64,000 nt of DNA, taken from positions 6,076,001 to 6,140,000 of the forward strand of contig NC_092674.1 of assembly GCF_964355755.1 (NCBI RefSeq). Direction: 5' to 3'. Position 1 is the stretch's first letter. Every line of letters begins with the position of its first letter. The notes beneath the pieces are model-generated. The model saw nothing but the letters and a program-made list of their open reading frames with translations, was not told the origin of the DNA and ran no database searches. This document shows, piece after piece, positions 63,084 to 64,000 of the stretch. Position numbers and translations under genes: made by a program. This DNA is from Antedon mediterranea. Its lineage: Eukaryota; Animalia; Echinodermata.

Positions 63084-64000
63084 ATATCCATTTGTAAATT
63101 TAACTTTTTAATTTATTGGTATAAGGCTATGTTTGTAATTTACATACCTTTTGTTTATTACCCTGGTTATTACTTAATTATTAATTTATGACCAGTATAA
63201 TTTACAGTATAAACATCACATTTGATGTAAATATAATATATCATGTTAATTGTTAGTTTGTAGAACAAAGTAGTTTTTTATGTGATTTATCCAATACAAA
63301 TATCCCGTACAGTAGTACAGTATAACATACTTTTATGTTTTAAAGATTTTGAGGAGGGGATAAGGTTTAGGTTTTTTGCCATTTTATTTTAATTAAATCA
63401 TTTAACCACTTTATGAATAAACATGAACGAATTATAGCAAAAAATTTTTATCATTATTTTTATATGGATTGCAATTTGAATTTCTTACAAATACATTTTG
63501 ACTTATTTTCCAATACATAAAAAAAGAAATTTGATATTGTGTAAATTTATTTTTACAACTTTTGAAAGGAGCACTGATTTTACAGTTATAAATTTATAAA
63601 AATTCTCATGGGAACAACAGTTTTTCATTTTGTAACTAAATGTTTGGTTGAAAAAACCTTAAAAGATGTTGTTCAATGATTTATTATCATGTATATTAAA
63701 TTTGAAATCAGCACCAAATGAAACGAAACATTCTCTGATCACAGGAGAATGACATCCATTAAGTTGAAAGAAAAGACACAACGAATATGGACTAATATAA
63801 ACAAGAGTAAATCGTTGTAAATATTGTTAATCCAACAGGGATTAGTTAGGATTAGTTTAAAGAAGATGCAATTACTGTGTAATCAATATTACTCCATTCA
63901 AATCTAGTAATCACCTCTTAATAATAATAATTTCAGTATTATATTAATAAACTATATTGAATATATTAATAAACTATATTGATTCAATTAATGCACTATA

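Overview
AT-rich eukaryotic (animal) genomic DNA with spliced genes. An invertebrate deuterostome such as an echinoderm is a guess, and most entries in the ORF track are spurious. Gene order: PPEF/rdgC phosphatase (+, 5' end outside the window), TIMM10B (-), arfaptin (+), TIMM8 (-, single coding exon), TERF2IP/RAP1 (+), then possibly the first two exons of an unidentified gene (+). Introns and intergenic DNA are dense with non-autonomous transposons (Harbinger-, Kolobok-, hAT-, MULE-, Zator-, Helitron- and Tc1/mariner-like), SINEs and minisatellites. The most striking structure is a ~9.15-kb non-coding element bounded by terminal inverted repeats (24551-33699). It is symmetric at several scales: opposed ~100-bp hairpin-satellite arrays, higher-order repeats and internal foldbacks. 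It sits between the head-to-head TIMM10B and arfaptin genes, a pair that is also head-to-head in human. Also notable: a 6x tandem array of a candidate 17-nt micro-exon in PPEF, and a RAP1 with a duplicated exon pair and an apparently shortened C-terminal domain. All exon calls were made by hand from splice signals and translation.
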